Assembly (NCBI GenBank): GCA_964035545.1
Contig: OZ037771.1
Coordinates: forward strand, 11,784,480 to 11,848,479
Length of the DNA stretch: 64,000 nt
Origin: Bugula neritina
Taxonomy: Eukaryota; Animalia; Bryozoa
Direction of reading: 5' to 3'
Position numbers and translations under genes: made by a program
The notes under the pieces: generated by a model
What the model was told of the DNA's origin: nothing
Seen by the model: the letters and a program-made list of their open reading frames with translations, nothing else
Database searches by the model: none
Part shown: positions 41,444-56,042 of the stretch, piece after piece
Layout: the number at the start of each line of letters is the position of its first letter
Position numbering within the stretch: the first letter of the stretch is position 1

Positions 41444-43751
41444 TGTGATAAATATTAGAGTTACCCCCCTGACACGCCACTACAAGAACACATGACTTAT
41501 ATTTCAACACAATGGTATTATTATTATTATCTAGTGACTAGTATTTTCCCTTCTCCTTATTTCACGTACAATACTCATTCACCTGGTTGGGTTCAATTTC
41601 GCTAATTCATGTAAACCGACAGTCGACCAAAGTTCGGCTTGCTGGCTTGCCGACATTCCGAGTGTCGGTCTCCGACATTCCAAATGTCGGAATGCCAAGC
41701 AGACATTGCTGAACTTTGGCCAACTGTCAATTGAAGGATCTAGAACCCTTTTGTCTAAATAATATAAAAGGAGGCACATTCTTAATTCCAGTCAGTTGAA
41801 GATAGAAGCTCAGACTGGGAGGAATCACTACACCAGTAAAGACTTACAGCACACGCTACTCTACACTCTCTTATCTCTTCTCTCACAAGGAGTTATGTTC
41901 TCTGCATGATTACATTCAATAACCCACAAGTTATTACATTGGTTGCAGCGGTGGGATTACGAATAATCAGACAGCCTTACAAGAGATAGAGAGAGGAACC
42001 ACATGGCGATGATGGGAGAGGTAGGAAAAGTTTTCACACTGGAGAACCTAGTAACAGGTCTCCGAGAAGTTGAGTCGGCCACTCCGGCGCCACCTGGTGA
42101 CAGGTATCGCCTTCGGCCGCCGATTCTTGAAGGCGACTGTGATGTTGAACAGTTTATAAAGGAATTCGAAGACGTGGCTACCATCGCCGAATGGCCGGCA
42201 CCGGTACGTCTTCTACAGCTACGGTCCTGCCTGACTGGACCAGCTAAAAGCTATGCGCTTGGAAATGATATCTAACACATTTTTCAGGGGCTTCAACCAT
42301 GGTTTCGGTATGACAGCCATAGATGCTACGGCAAGCTACCGAGTATGAGAAGAGACAGATGGACCTCTTTACAGGACCATGCTAACGCCATAGAAAAGCT
42401 GGCATTAATAGCATACAGCCGAACCGATCCAGCGGAATGGTGAGAGCTGGTCTATGAAGCCTTCTTCAGGACCGTAAACAATGGCGGACTCCAGAGGTAC
42501 TACCTGGCCGCCAAGATCTCCACTTTAGAAAAGGCTCTGAAGATGGGTCGGTCCTACTATCAAGTAGACGCCCCCCATGGAGCGGACTTTATGGCAAGCC
42601 AAGTGGAGGAGACACTTAAAAAAGAAACTCAATTAGCTGTTGTGGCCAAACCTGCACCAATCGCCCCGCAGTTCACCATACTGTACTAGATGGTGTGGAA
42701 CCTGCAAATGGAGGTATTGAAAATACAACAGCAACAAGAAGAATGGCGGATAGCCAACGTTTGGAGAATCTTTGCCAGGCCTAACCAACCCACTTGCTGA
42801 GGGTGTGGCGCCTTGGGTCACGTTCCACGGCAATGTCCTCATAAGGGGAGGATGACTTTAAACACCAGAGGCCCAAGCTAGATTCCGCCAACCGTGAGCC
42901 AGGGTCAAACTTCATTCTGAAGAGAGCCAAGCAAGCACCCTTGGGACTCATGAGAGGGCAGTGAACTTAATCCCACTAAGGAATAATACACTTAATACAG
43001 GTATACCTTCCAACCCCCACATGTCCAGATACCTCCAGAATAATGAAAGTTATCCTGAAGAAGTTGAGCGTTCATGCCAAAAATTGGAAGAGTCAGACAT
43101 AGAGTTATCCCATCAAAAACCATTGTGGAAAATGAACAGACACGTGACCGAAAGGTCGGCACGTGAGAATCCAACAACACGAGGTTCGAGCAATTCAGCG
43201 TTAACTCCAGCCACAACCGGACGTACTAATCCCAACTTCAAAACTGACAACATGGGTATAACACTGCCAGAATCAATGGATAACCACCTCCAAGCATGTA
43301 CTTTAACAGAACTAGATCCTCCATCTTCGTAGTTCCGTCCAACTATTAATTTTAATATTATATCAATCAGCCGGGTAGAAATCACCCTGGTTGAAGAAAT
43401 TGAGAGAAGTCTAGGAAACAAGTCACTCTTTGACAAACTGTCTGACCAGGACCTGGGGTTGGCAAGTCTTCTAGACTTGCCTGAACATCCAGTAGTAAAG
43501 GTGCCATATAAAGAAATGCCGAATTTCGGTCTGGTCTAGATCTGGTCTGGATCTAGAACCCTTTTGTCTAAATAATATAAAAGGAGGCACATTCTTAATT
43601 CTAGTCAGTTGAAGATAGAAGCTCAGACTGGAAGGAATCACTACATCAATAAAGACTTACATCACACACTACTCTACACTCTCTTTTTTCTTCTCCTACA
43701 AGGAGTTATGTTCTCTGCCGGATTACATTCAATGACCCACAAGTTACTACA
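41444..43751 (+). mobile_element. Internally deleted (gag-only) LTR retrotransposon, probably Gypsy-type
   Basis: 5' LTR 41444-41938 (TG..CA). PBS TGGTTGCAGCGGTGGGATT at 41940-41958 (tRNA-Leu-like). Broken gag from 42003 with knuckle C*GCGALGHVPRQC at ~42795-42837. Partial 3' LTR 43549-43751 matches 41736-41938. No RT or integrase motifs. Confidence 0.85.
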
Positions 43752-44704
43752 ATATAAGGCATTTTTAAAGACGTCGCCTAGTTTTCAATTCCTTTGCATT
43801 TTGAAATCACCAGCGAGTGATGTTTCGATTGATTAAAATTAAAAAAGAGCAGAAAATTTTTTTCATCAAAGCCTTGCAACTTTTTTTCCAATTATAAAAA
43901 CATTTTACTAAACTTGCATAATTTTGATAAAATGCAATCTTACGCTCTGATGAAAATAAATATTTATATAATATAAATACCAATACCATACTCGAACTAG
44001 TAATTGTCTTCTTTCCTATGACTAATTATCAAGAGTAGATAATGCTCAATATGATGTACAAATCCTTTATTATATGACCGACAATATTTTACCTGTTCTT
44101 TCTTTTTTTCTTTGTACATAAAATATAACAGTCGCTTGTGAACTACAACTCTACTTATTTTATTCCAATAATTAACATACTTAAGATGGCATCAGCTTCC
44201 AAATCAACACGTAGTAGTTGTTATGATTACAATTATAATTTTAATAAAGTGACGCAAGAGTTTTATTAAAACAGCATATTCATTTTCACTACAATAATTT
44301 CAATAAACTACTGCAATTAGTCTGTAATAAAACTAAATGGTAAGAAATGGCAATAAAATTGTTTGTTTTCTCTAACTGCAGCAAGTGGCAAAAGTTTCAG
44401 TCAACAAGACACTTATAAATTATGGTTGCCAAAAACATAATAAACTGATTCATAGACAGCTATTACTAGAAGTATTTTGAAATGAACAAATCTCTCATCA
44501 AGATTGAAGGGTTTTCCATTTGAATTATGCTTAAAAATAGGCATTATAGGTCAAAATAGAGGTATTTTTTAAAGAAAATATTCAAATGTCTTTCAATAAA
44601 TGAATAGGCATTTTTATTGCTTTGATACAGATTAAATAATCAATTAACATCAAAGTATAGTTTAGAACCCGCTTAACATGCTTTAATTATAATTGTCATT
44701 GCAG

Positions 44705-46953
44705 CTTGGGAAGTCTCCAAAATATCCTTCAGCTGTGTACGCTGGATGTGTACCAGGATTGATGTCTACAGTATTCTTAGCTCCACACTTTGATAAAGTA
44801 CTTGGTGTAGACATCAGTGAGTCTCAGATAAAGCAGGCAACTCTCAACAACAAACACAGTAGTATTGAATATTGGTAATGTATTAACATTATACATTGCT
44901 TTTTGTCAGCATGTTATACCTTATTGTTTCATACTATGATATTGTTGTTTTTGCTTTTGAACTGTCTTGTACTAAATAATTAAATGTGTCCTAATTTAGT
45001 ATATAACAAGCTTGTCACATTCTTTTCTAATTGAAGAGTTTCTGCAGCTGCAAAATTACCAGTATAGAAGACAGCTCTGTAATTTCAATACAAGCAGCTA
45101 TGGCACTACATTGGTTTGATCATGAGAAATTTTATAAGGAATGTGATAGAGTTCTGGTTCTTGGAGGAGTTATTGCTGTTCTTTGTTATGCGTTTAACAA
45201 AGTTTTAATAGTAAATCACCCCCCATAGTGATGCTATATAGAAAAGGTTTTAATACAGGTGAAACGACCCTAGATTTTTTGCTTGTCGAAAATAAAATTT
45301 TAATTAAGAGTCTTATTTTGAAATAACAAATGCTAGTAACAATGACAAAAAAATGGCAAGAATTACTAATACAATTTAAAAAAAGATACTTTCTCATTTG
45401 TTGCATTTCTGATAATTGACAGTTTTTGTCATGGATGACATTGTATTGTATCTTCATTGGTATCTGTATAAGTTTGTTATCTGCTTTTGAAACCGCTTGA
45501 TATGCACATTATGACCCAGATTAGACTGAATCAGCCATCTTTTGTAAATGCTCCGAGATCGAAGATTTTTTGCAAAGACCGTTGCCAGTGATACGCCAGA
45601 GATCACACATGTCGGCATTAACAAGTAAAACAACCTGACCTATATTGTCTTTTATTGCATAACAATATGTATGTCTCAATTGAAATGCAAAGGTGGTACT
45701 TTTAGATATCAGAAATATTGAGAACACAGGAGACAAACCCTTACTTCACTGAGCAATGTGTCTTGGTATCACATATAAATATACTTCCCTCAAACTACAG
45801 ATTCCTTATGAAGATACCATGAGAGGTAGCATTTTATTAATTGTATAAACTTCTATAATATGCAGTGCCATATAGCAACAATAACAAATCATACTTTTAA
45901 TGTAAAAACACATTAACCTTTTTACTATAGATCAAGAGGCTGGAAATCTAACAGCAATTACTAAGAAAATATGTCTTATTGTTGCATGTAATTTCAAACA
46001 TGTATTCAAATAGAAATGCAGTATCCAATTGCAATTAACATATAATGAAGTCAAATTTTATTTTGTCTTTCATGCTGTGTGCTTTTTAGAGTTGATGGAC
46101 AATACATGGAATTTTCCAGCACTATTTCGGGAATTCTAAGATGCCTAATGACAACTGCATTTACCAGACTTTTTGTGAACAGTTCTGAAGAAAACAAACT
46201 ATGGTAGAAAACCTGCCATCAAATTATATGATGCCATAAGCTCTATAATAGCTTTAAATAAAAAAAATGCAAAATATTTTTTCAAAAAGGCTACCCACTT
46301 TGTCAAGTGCATCTTGCTCATTAGTTTTACCACATGTGTATGGATTATAGAAACGGAAAGAATTAGGTATATCCATAATTGCAATATATAACAAACCATA
46401 TCAAAATATGTTTGTTAAATCTATGTATATTAGTTGAAAATGAGCTACACTAACTTGCTCAGTATCATTTAATTGTCTAAAACTGTATATACTATAACTA
46501 AAGAAATGTTGCCGAGGAAATATGTCTATAGACTATAGCCTGCATCATTCTTTGGAATATGCGATTTTAGCTTTGCTTATTGCAACTCTGATAAACTACT
46601 CAAATTTCATTTTTTGCTGTTTGCTGTTAGGGTTGAGCTGGTTGGTATTATTTCTTACTGTTACAAGTTCAGTAATTGGTCAGTTTTAGAAAAACGCAGC
46701 GAAATACTAATACTTTAATGTTTTAGCATTCTTTACGTTTGCTGCAGTCATTTGTAAGACCCCAAGTAGTTTAAGTCAAGTTCTTAAGCACTCACATAAT
46801 GATCAAACTAGTTTACAGCTTTCTAGATTTTAATTTAAACAAATTATTTTCTAGATTGATGGAAGCTTATGGAACAAATGACCTTGAGGCCCCCTTGACC
46901 TATAAAGTAGAAGTATTTATGCTGCTGGGTCGTAAACCAACATCCTATATATA
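44705..46953 (+). pseudogene. Methyltransferase copy C, decayed, first coding exon not found
   Basis: Exon 2 (44705-44874) has motif I changed to YAGCVPG. Exons 3 and 4 have 2-nt insertions. Exon 5 has TGG>TAG and a lost donor. Last exon starts at 46855. Confidence 0.9.
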
Positions 46954-47618
46954 ACTATATTAATTTCATGTTTTCACATTTAAAGTGAATTTCACATTAT
47001 TGCTTTAAAAGACTGAAATAAGCTATTCATTCTTACAGAAAATTTGTAATTGAACAAAAATGTTAATATCACAATTGAAAAATGCAACTCTTGTTATATT
47101 TGCAAAATAAATGTTTAGTATTTTCAGTTAACAAGCCTTCTAGTGTGCATATTTTTACTATAGCTCAAGTTAAATATGCAAATTTAACTTACTGCATGGT
47201 GGTCTAGCTGTTGGTAAATATAGCAGCTCTCCTTAGATTAGATATACTTCACTCTTCACATCACATCACCTAAACTAATTATTATTCTTATTGGGCATTG
47301 TAAAGTTATATAAAACATTAGCAATATAATGTTATGCAAAATGAACACCTGGCCTATAAACAAGTAATTTAGGGCTTTTTTAGTTTTCTGCATTTGGCTG
47401 TTGCTTCATAACATTTTACGAAGGGCATTTTTGCTATAGCTCAAACAGGTTTAATGTCACAACAACAACAATTTAAATACATGAAAAAAATTAAGTTTTT
47501 CACTTATATATATAATAACTTTCTTCTAAAAACCAATTTTTCTTTAACTTTTTTAATCATTCCAAGAAAACGTCACTCATCATTATTTATCTATATATTT
47601 ATATATATATATATATAT

Positions 47619-47695
<77 letters not shown>

Positions 47696-47698
<3 letters not shown>

Positions 47699-47934
47699 AA
47701 TCTGTGGACAGCAGCTGTTTCGGGATTTGTCCCCTCATCAGCACAGAACAGAGTACTATGGCCCACACTTTCGCAATAGTAAAACTTATAGTTTTACTAA
47801 AGCATATTTAAAAGGTGTGTAAACTCAAGCCAGAGTGCTCAAGTGACTCTAGGGGTCACCTAGGAGTCACGAGCATTGCAAAATGCTAGCAGCTTGAGTT
47901 TGTGACCATGGTGAGAGTGCTCAATCATTTAATG

Positions 47935-47937
<3 letters not shown>
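47696..47937 (-). mobile_element. Third, 5'-truncated copy of the hammerhead repeat
   Basis: Reverse complement of the 15844-16110 unit with only a few substitutions; (TA)n on both sides. Confidence 0.85.
47701..47747 (-). ncRNA. Type I hammerhead ribozyme (GUC)
   Basis: Exact reverse complement of 16063-16109. Confidence 0.88.
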
Positions 47938-47995
<58 letters not shown>

Positions 47996-48414
47996 TTCAT
48001 ATTTGGGTTCATAGGTGGTCAATTTGGTATGTAAAACATCCATAGGGGGCTCTATGCCCATAGGGGGCTGCTCATAGGGGGCACCATGTTTGAGTGTTTT
48101 AAATTACTCAGAACAGTCTGTTATGGTATATAGACACTATTTTAAAAATAGGCTCACAGAAGGACAATTTGACATTTTCCAATACCAGAGGGGGCTCTGT
48201 ATATATATACAAAAAGCCCCCTATGGTATTATAAATTATCAAATTAGGGAGTTGTCTTCCCAAAAACTAATGTAACGTTTTTTCACTGTTGGAAACACTT
48301 AATTACATTGATAATAATATCATTTCAGTTGCTATAATTGTGCCAGGGCTTAAGGTAGAACTTGTATAGAAATCTGGCCTGCATCTCCGTTAAAAAAATT
48401 ATATTTGAGTTGTT

Positions 48415-51400
48415 GTGAGCTTATATATATTATATCTGCCCCCTATGAGCCTATATATACCATATCTGCCCCCTATGAGCCTATATATTCTATATCTGCC
48501 CCCTATGAACTTATATATATTATATCTGTCCCGTATGAGCCTATAGTCTATATCTGCCCCCTATGAGCTTATATATTCTATATCTGCCCCCTATGAGCTT
48601 ATATATTCTATATCTGCCCCCTATGAACTTATATATTCTATATCTGCCCCCTATGAGCCTATATATTTATTATCTGCCCCCTATGAGCCTATATATATTA
48701 TATCTGCCCCCTATGAGCCTATATATTCTATATCTGCCCCCTATGAACTTATATATATTATATCTGCCCCCTATTAACTTATATATATTTTATGTGCCCC
48801 CTATGAACCTATATATTCTATATCTGCCCCCTATCAACTTATATATTATATCTGCCCCCTGTGAACTTATATAGATTTTATGTGCTCCCTATGAACCTAT
48901 ATATTCTATATCTGCCCCCTATCAACTTATATATTATATCTGCCCCCTATGAACTTATATATATTATATCTGCCCCCTATGAGCCTATATATTCTATATC
49001 TGCCCCCTATGAACCTATATATATATTATATCTGCCCCCTATGAACTTATATATATATATATTATATCTGCCCCCTATGAACTTATATATATATTATATC
49101 TGCCCCCTATGAACTTATATATATATATATTATATCTGCCCCCTATGGGCATATATATTCTATATCTGCCCCCTATGAACCTATATATATATATTATATC
49201 TGCCCCCTATGAACTTGAATATATATATATATTATATCTGCCCCTATGAGCCTATATACTCCATATCTGCCCGCTATGAACCTAGATATGTGCCCTCTTT
49301 CACTGTTGGAAACACTTATTTACAGTGATGATAATATCATTTCAGTTGCTATAACTGTGCCAGGGCTTGAGGTAGAACTTGTATAGAAATCTGGTCTGCA
49401 TCTCCGTTAAAAAATTATATTTGAGTTGTTGTGAGCTTATATATTATATCTGCCCCCTATGAGCCTATATATTCTATATCTGCCCCCTATGAACTTATAT
49501 ATATTATATCTGCCCCCTGTGAACTTATATATATTTTATGTGCCCCCTATGAACCTATATATTCTATATCTGCCCCCTATGAACTTATATATTATATCTG
49601 CCCCTATGAACTTATATATATTATATCTGCCCCCTATGAGCCTATATATTCTATATCTGCCCCCTATGAACCTATATATATATTATATCTGCCCCCTATG
49701 AACTTATATATATATATATTATATCTGCCCCCTATGAGCTTATATAATATATTATATCTGCCCCCTATGAGCCTATATATTCTATATCTGCCCCCTATAA
49801 GCCTATATATATTCTAATCTGCCCCCTATAAGCCTATACATTCTATATCTGCCCCCTATAAGCCTATATATTTTATATCTGCCCCTTATGAGCCTATATA
49901 TTCTATATCTGCCCCCTATGAACTTATATATATTATATCTGCCCCCTGTGAACTTATATATATTTTATGTGCCCCCTATGAGCCTATATATTCCATATCT
50001 GCCCCCTATGAGCTTATATATTCTATATCTGCCCCCTATAAGCCTATATATTCTACATCTGCCCCCTATGAGCTTATATATTCTATATCTGCCCCCTATG
50101 AGCCTATATACTCTATATTTGCCCGTATGAACTTATATATATATTATATCTGCCCCCTATGAGCCTATATATTCTACATCTGCCCCCTTTGAGCCTATAT
50201 ATTCTATATCTGCCCCCTATGAGCCTATATATATTATATCTGCCCCCTATGAGCCTATATATTCTATATCTGCCCCCTATGAACTTATATATATTATATC
50301 TGCCCCCTATGAACTTATATATATTTTATGTGCCCCCTATGAACCTATATATTCTATATCTGCCCCCTATCAACTTATATATTATATCTGCCCCCTGTGA
50401 ACTTATATATATTTTATGTGCCCCCTATGAACCTATATATTCTATATCTGCCCCCTATCAACTTATATATTATATCTGCCCCCTATGAACTTATATATAT
50501 TATATCTGCCCCCTATGAGCCTATATATTCTATATCTGCCCCCTATGAACCTATATATTCTATATCTGCCCCCTATGAACCTATATATATATTATATCTG
50601 CCCCCTATGAACTTATATATATATATATTATATCTGCCCCCTATGAGCTTATATAATATATTATATCTGCCCCCTATGAGCCTATATATTCTATATCTGC
50701 CCCCTATAAGCCTATATATATTCTAATCTGCCCCCTATAAGCCTATACATTCTATATCTGCCCCCTATAAGCCTATATATTTTATATCTGCCCCTTATGA
50801 GCCTATATATTCTATATCTGCCCCCTATGAACTTATATATATTATATCTGCCCCCTGTGAACTTATATATATTTTATGTGCCCCCTATGAGCCTATATAT
50901 TCCATATCTGCCCCCTATGAGCTTATATATTCTATATCTGCCCCCTATAAGCCTATATATTCTACATCTGCCCCCTATGAGCTTATATATTCTATATCTG
51001 CCCCCTATGAGCCTATACATTCTATATCTGCCCCCTATAAGCCTATATATTTTATATCTGCCCCCTATGAACTTATATATATTATATCTGCCCCCTATGA
51101 GCCTATATATTCTATATCTGCCCCCTATGAACCTATATATATATTATATCTGCCCCCTATGAACTTATATATATATATATTATATCTGCCCCCTATGAAC
51201 TTATATATATATTATATCTGCCCCCTATGAACTTATATATATATATATTATATCTGCCCCCTATGGGCATATATATTCTATATCTGCCCCCTATGAACCT
51301 ATATATATATATTATATCTGCCCCCTATGAACTTGAATATATATATATATTATATCTGCCCCTATGAGCCTATATACTCCATATCTGCCCGCTATGAACC

Positions 51401-53960
51401 TAGATATGTGCCCTCTTTCACTGTTGGAAACACTTATTTACAGTGATGATAATATCATTTCAGTTGCTATAACTGTGCCAGGGCTTGAGGTAGAACTTGT
51501 ATAGAAATCTGGTCTGCATCTCCGTTAAAAAATTATATTTGAGTTGTTGTGAGCTTATATATTATATCTGCCCCCTATGAGCCTATATATTCTATATCTG
51601 CCCCCTATGAACTTATATATATTATATCTGCCCCCTGTGAACTTATATATATTTTATGTGCCCCCTATGAACCTATATATTCTATATCTGCCCCCTATGA
51701 ACTTATATATTATATCTGCCCCTATGAACTTATATATATTATATCTGCCCCCTATGAGCCTATATATTCTATATCTGCCCCCTATGAACCTATATATATA
51801 TTATATCTGCCCCCTATGAACTTATATATATATATATTATATCTGCCCCCTATGAGCTTATATAATATATTATATCTGCCCCCTATGAGCCTATATATTC
51901 TATATCTGCCCCCTATAAGCCTATATATATTCTAATCTGCCCCCTATAAGCCTATACATTCTATATCTGCCCCCTATAAGCCTATATATTTTATATCTGC
52001 CCCCTATGAGCCTATATATTCTATATCTGCCCCCTATGAACTTATATATATTATATCTGCCCCCTGTGAACTTATATATATTTTATGTGCCCCCTATGAG
52101 CCTATATATTCCATATCTGCCCCCTATGAGCTTATATATTCTATATCTGCCCCCTATAAGCCTATATATTCTACATCTGCCCCCTATGAGCTTATATATT
52201 CTATATCTGCCCCCTATGAGCCTATATACTCTATATTTGCCCGTATGAACTTATATATATATTATATCTGCCCCCTATGAGCCTATATATTCTACATCTG
52301 CCCCCTTTGAGCCTATATATTCTATATCTGCCCCCTATGAGCCTATATATATTATATCTGCCCCCTATGAGCCTATATATTCTATATCTGCCCCCTATGA
52401 ACTTATATATATTATATCTGCCCCCTATGAACTTATATATATTTTATGTGCCCCCTATGAACCTATATATTCTATATCTGCCCCCTATCAACTTATATAT
52501 TATATCTGCCCCCTGTGAACTTATATATATTTTATGTGCCCCCTATGAACCTATATATTCTATATCTGCCCCCTATCAACTTATATATTATATCTGCCCC
52601 CTATGAACTTATATATATTATATCTGCCCCCTATGAGCCTATATATTCTATATCTGCCCCCTATGAACCTATATATTCTATATCTGCCCCCTATGAACCT
52701 ATATATATATTATATCTGCCCCCTATGAACTTATATATATATATATTATATCTGCCCCCTATGAACTTATATATATATTATATCTGCCCCCTATGAACTT
52801 ATATATATATTATATCTGCCCCCTATGGGCATATATATTCTATATCTGCCCCCTATGAACCTATATATATATTATATCTGCCCCCTATGAACTTGAATAT
52901 ATATATATTATATCTGCCCCTATGAGCCTATATACTCCATATCTGCCCGCTATGAACCTAGATATGTGCCCTCTTTCACTGTTGGAAACACTTATTTACA
53001 GTGATGATAATATCATTTCAGTTGCTATAACTGTGCCAGGGCTTGAAGTAGAACTTGTATAGAAATCTGGCCTGCATCTCCGTTAAAAAATTATATTTGA
53101 GTTGTTGTGAGCTTATATATTATATCTGCTCCCTATGAGCCTATATATTCTATATCTGCCCCCTATGAACTTATATATATTATATCTGCCCCCTGTGAAC
53201 TTATATATATTTTATGTGCCTCCTATGAACCTATATATTCTATATCTGCCCCCTATGAACTTATATATTATATCTGCCCCTATGAACTTATATATATTAT
53301 ATCTGCCCCCTATGAGCCTATATATTCTATATCTGCCCCCTATGAACCTATATATATATTATATCTGCCCCCTATGAACTTATATATATGTATTATATCT
53401 GCCCCCTATGAGCTTATATAATATATTATATCTGCCCCCTATGAGCCTATATATTCTATATCTGCCCCCTATAAGCCTATATATATTCTAATCTGCCCCC
53501 TATAAGCCTATACATTCTATATCTGCCCCCTATAAGCCTATATATTTTATATCTGCCCCCTATGAGCCTATATATTCTATATCTGCCCCCTATGAACTTA
53601 TATATATTATATCTGCCCCCTGTGAACTTATATATATTTTATGTGCCCCCTATGAGCCTATATATTCCATATCTGCCACCTATGAACTTATATATATTAT
53701 ATCTGCCTCCTATGAACTTATATATATATATTAAATCTGCCCCCTATGAGCTTATATATTCTATATCTGCCCCCTATGAACTTGTATATATTTTATGTGC
53801 CATCTTTGAGCTCATATACTATTTATGTGCTGCTATGAGCCTAGATATGTTATATGTGCCCCTTATGAGCTCATATATGCTGCATGTATGCGATCCCCAT
53901 AAGCCTGTGTATACTATATCTGCCCCATATGAGTTGATGTATACTATGTGTGCCCTATAT
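48415..53960. repeat. ~24-bp minisatellite (GCCCCCTATGARCYTATATATWYTATATCT-type) with higher-order blocks
   Basis: Directly visible. A ~140-bp non-repeat spacer (tttcactgttggaaacac...gagttgttgtgagc) recurs at ~48281, 49298, 51416 and 52974. Confidence 0.97.
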
Positions 53961-56042
53961 CAGCAAGCACAGTCCACAGCGTCTGATGTGTATCATAGTA
54001 GGTTTATTAATTTGCATATTTTTAATTTGATGTCTTTCTCTGCAATTATGACTTTCAGCTTTAGAAGTTTTTTTGTTATATGCAGCACGTTTTCAAATTA
54101 AAAAAATTATCAACCTAAGAAGATACATACCTTTTGCTGTCTCCAATTTGCTGCTCAAATTTTTATTTTTGCTTCTGGTAGAAACAAGCATTTTTTCTAA
54201 CAATTTAGTTATAGTGTTTAAAAGTACTATATGGTTTCCCAGCAACCTTTACTTAGCTGAAATGTAACTTTCCAGTGTCAGAATAGCAGCTTTGACAAAA
54301 TTTCTCGTATACATATACTGCTAGTAACAGAGAAAATTATCTGTTCCTGCAATTACTTTTACTAAGGTCTATAGAGGGAGACCACATCCCTACAATTATG
54401 CAAAAGATAATAGACCCCCTGTAGTTTTGGGCCTAGTTTCTTTGCATCTTCATAATCATTTTAATCAGGAAACTTAAGTAAGCTTAGAAGTTTTTAATTT
54501 ACTAAAAATGGCTGCTAAGAGGGGTACCTTAGTTTGAACCTTATACAGAAATCCTATAATTAGCCTATTTGGCTGCAACTTCAAAAGCACTCTCATATTT
54601 ATAAATTCGTTTGAAGGAGTTTACCCTCAAATACTGTACAATAAAGAAAAAATTTCAAGCTAGCTGTTCTATTTTTCTTGGTTTTGTGTTATCTCAGTAC
54701 ACGCAGAGTTTATAGTCTCTATGAGAGACCTTTTTAACTGACTGAGGGCATAATAGCTGAGATCTTGTCTGCTGTCACTACAACACGGACTTTTATAATA
54801 GGAAATATTAAGAAATGCTTGCAGCTTACCCTTGCTACTAAATATTAGACCCTGTAGAATATAAGATAGGCCCTACACCAAGTTTCATTCACAATAAATC
54901 TAATGGGAATCAGTAGAGATGATGAATTCAAAGTTATTAACACATATTATTGAAAACTATTTATACATGTCTTACTCTTTTTGTTGGTAGTCAAATTATA
55001 TGACTAGCAAGAAGTCTAGATTTTGTTATTCACCCATTGCGCGAACAATACTTTTTCTAGCTGCATTATTTTACTTGAAAAATTTTCAAAACAGGGAAAC
55101 CAATTCAGCAACTGGTTTTAAAGTTTGAAAAAGGCATGTAGCACCAGTGTTACACTGGTCATCCGTCTCTATAAGAGTAACAATTCAGTTTAATTCCAAA
55201 TAGACAACCCCCTCCATATAGACGCCAAACAACATATTCTACTTAGACTGCCTACTGAACAGCTATATTTAAAAGCGTTAAAAAATGAAAATTGTACTTT
55301 TTATAATTAATATGTATTTTGCTGGAAATATTTTGTTGCATGCAATTAATAGAAGCTGGGGGAAACCCTGAGTATGTCTCATGTAAACACAGTTGGAGCA
55401 AATACACTAGATAACTGTAGAATGGCTAAATATTTGCAGCTGTAATACCTCTAAACAATTCAACTAAAAAGTAGACATGGATGTGGACATTGTGGCTATT
55501 TGGTAATTAGTATAATAGCTTAACAGTGGATTTGCTCTTATCCTTACTAAGTGACAGGCAAAGTAAGAATTTACAAAATAAAATCTTTTAACAACCTCCT
55601 ATCCCAATACATTAGGCCAAGAACTACGGCAAATTGAAATTAATGATGAGTGTCTTTAGATTGCCTAACTTTTTTGGAGCTACTTACATTTTTCTTTCCT
55701 ATATTGAAGAAAAAACAGCCATTTAGTTTAGACTTAGCAAAGGCTAGCAACTGTAAGATATGTAGTATTAGTCAAGTAGCTAACCTGTTACACAGGAAAC
55801 TTAATAAATAAAATGTTCTGCCTCAGCAAAAGAAGTTTAAGATTTTTACAACCGTGGCTCATTAAATGCTTGAATATTTTTATGTATAAACACCTAAAGT
55901 AAGTTTGTGATTTGAAATTAATGGCAAATAAGGTTAGACTCAACTTATTTACTATTGCCTTTCTCGGCCTGGGCCCAACCAGGCTAAGCAACTTAATTGA
56001 CTACTAAAAGTTTATGGAGAACTCGAACAGCTGACGTGTAAA

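Noticed and set aside
42961-43436. ORFs 42961-43332 and 43113-43436 as host genes or pol
   Set aside because: They lie inside the LTR element and show no protease, RT or integrase motifs.
35509-45736. Similar minus-strand ORFs 35509-35754 and 45521-45736
   Set aside because: Antisense to the intron 3/exon 4 boundary of the methyltransferase paralogues; their similarity reflects the duplication.
48281-53960. Repeat-spacer pattern as a CRISPR array
   Set aside because: The intervening parts are not unique spacers, there are no cas genes, and the context is eukaryotic.
48563-54101. LYILYLPPM / ISAPYE repeat ORFs as a structural protein
   Set aside because: Units vary by 1-2 nt, causing constant frameshifts; this is a non-coding minisatellite.
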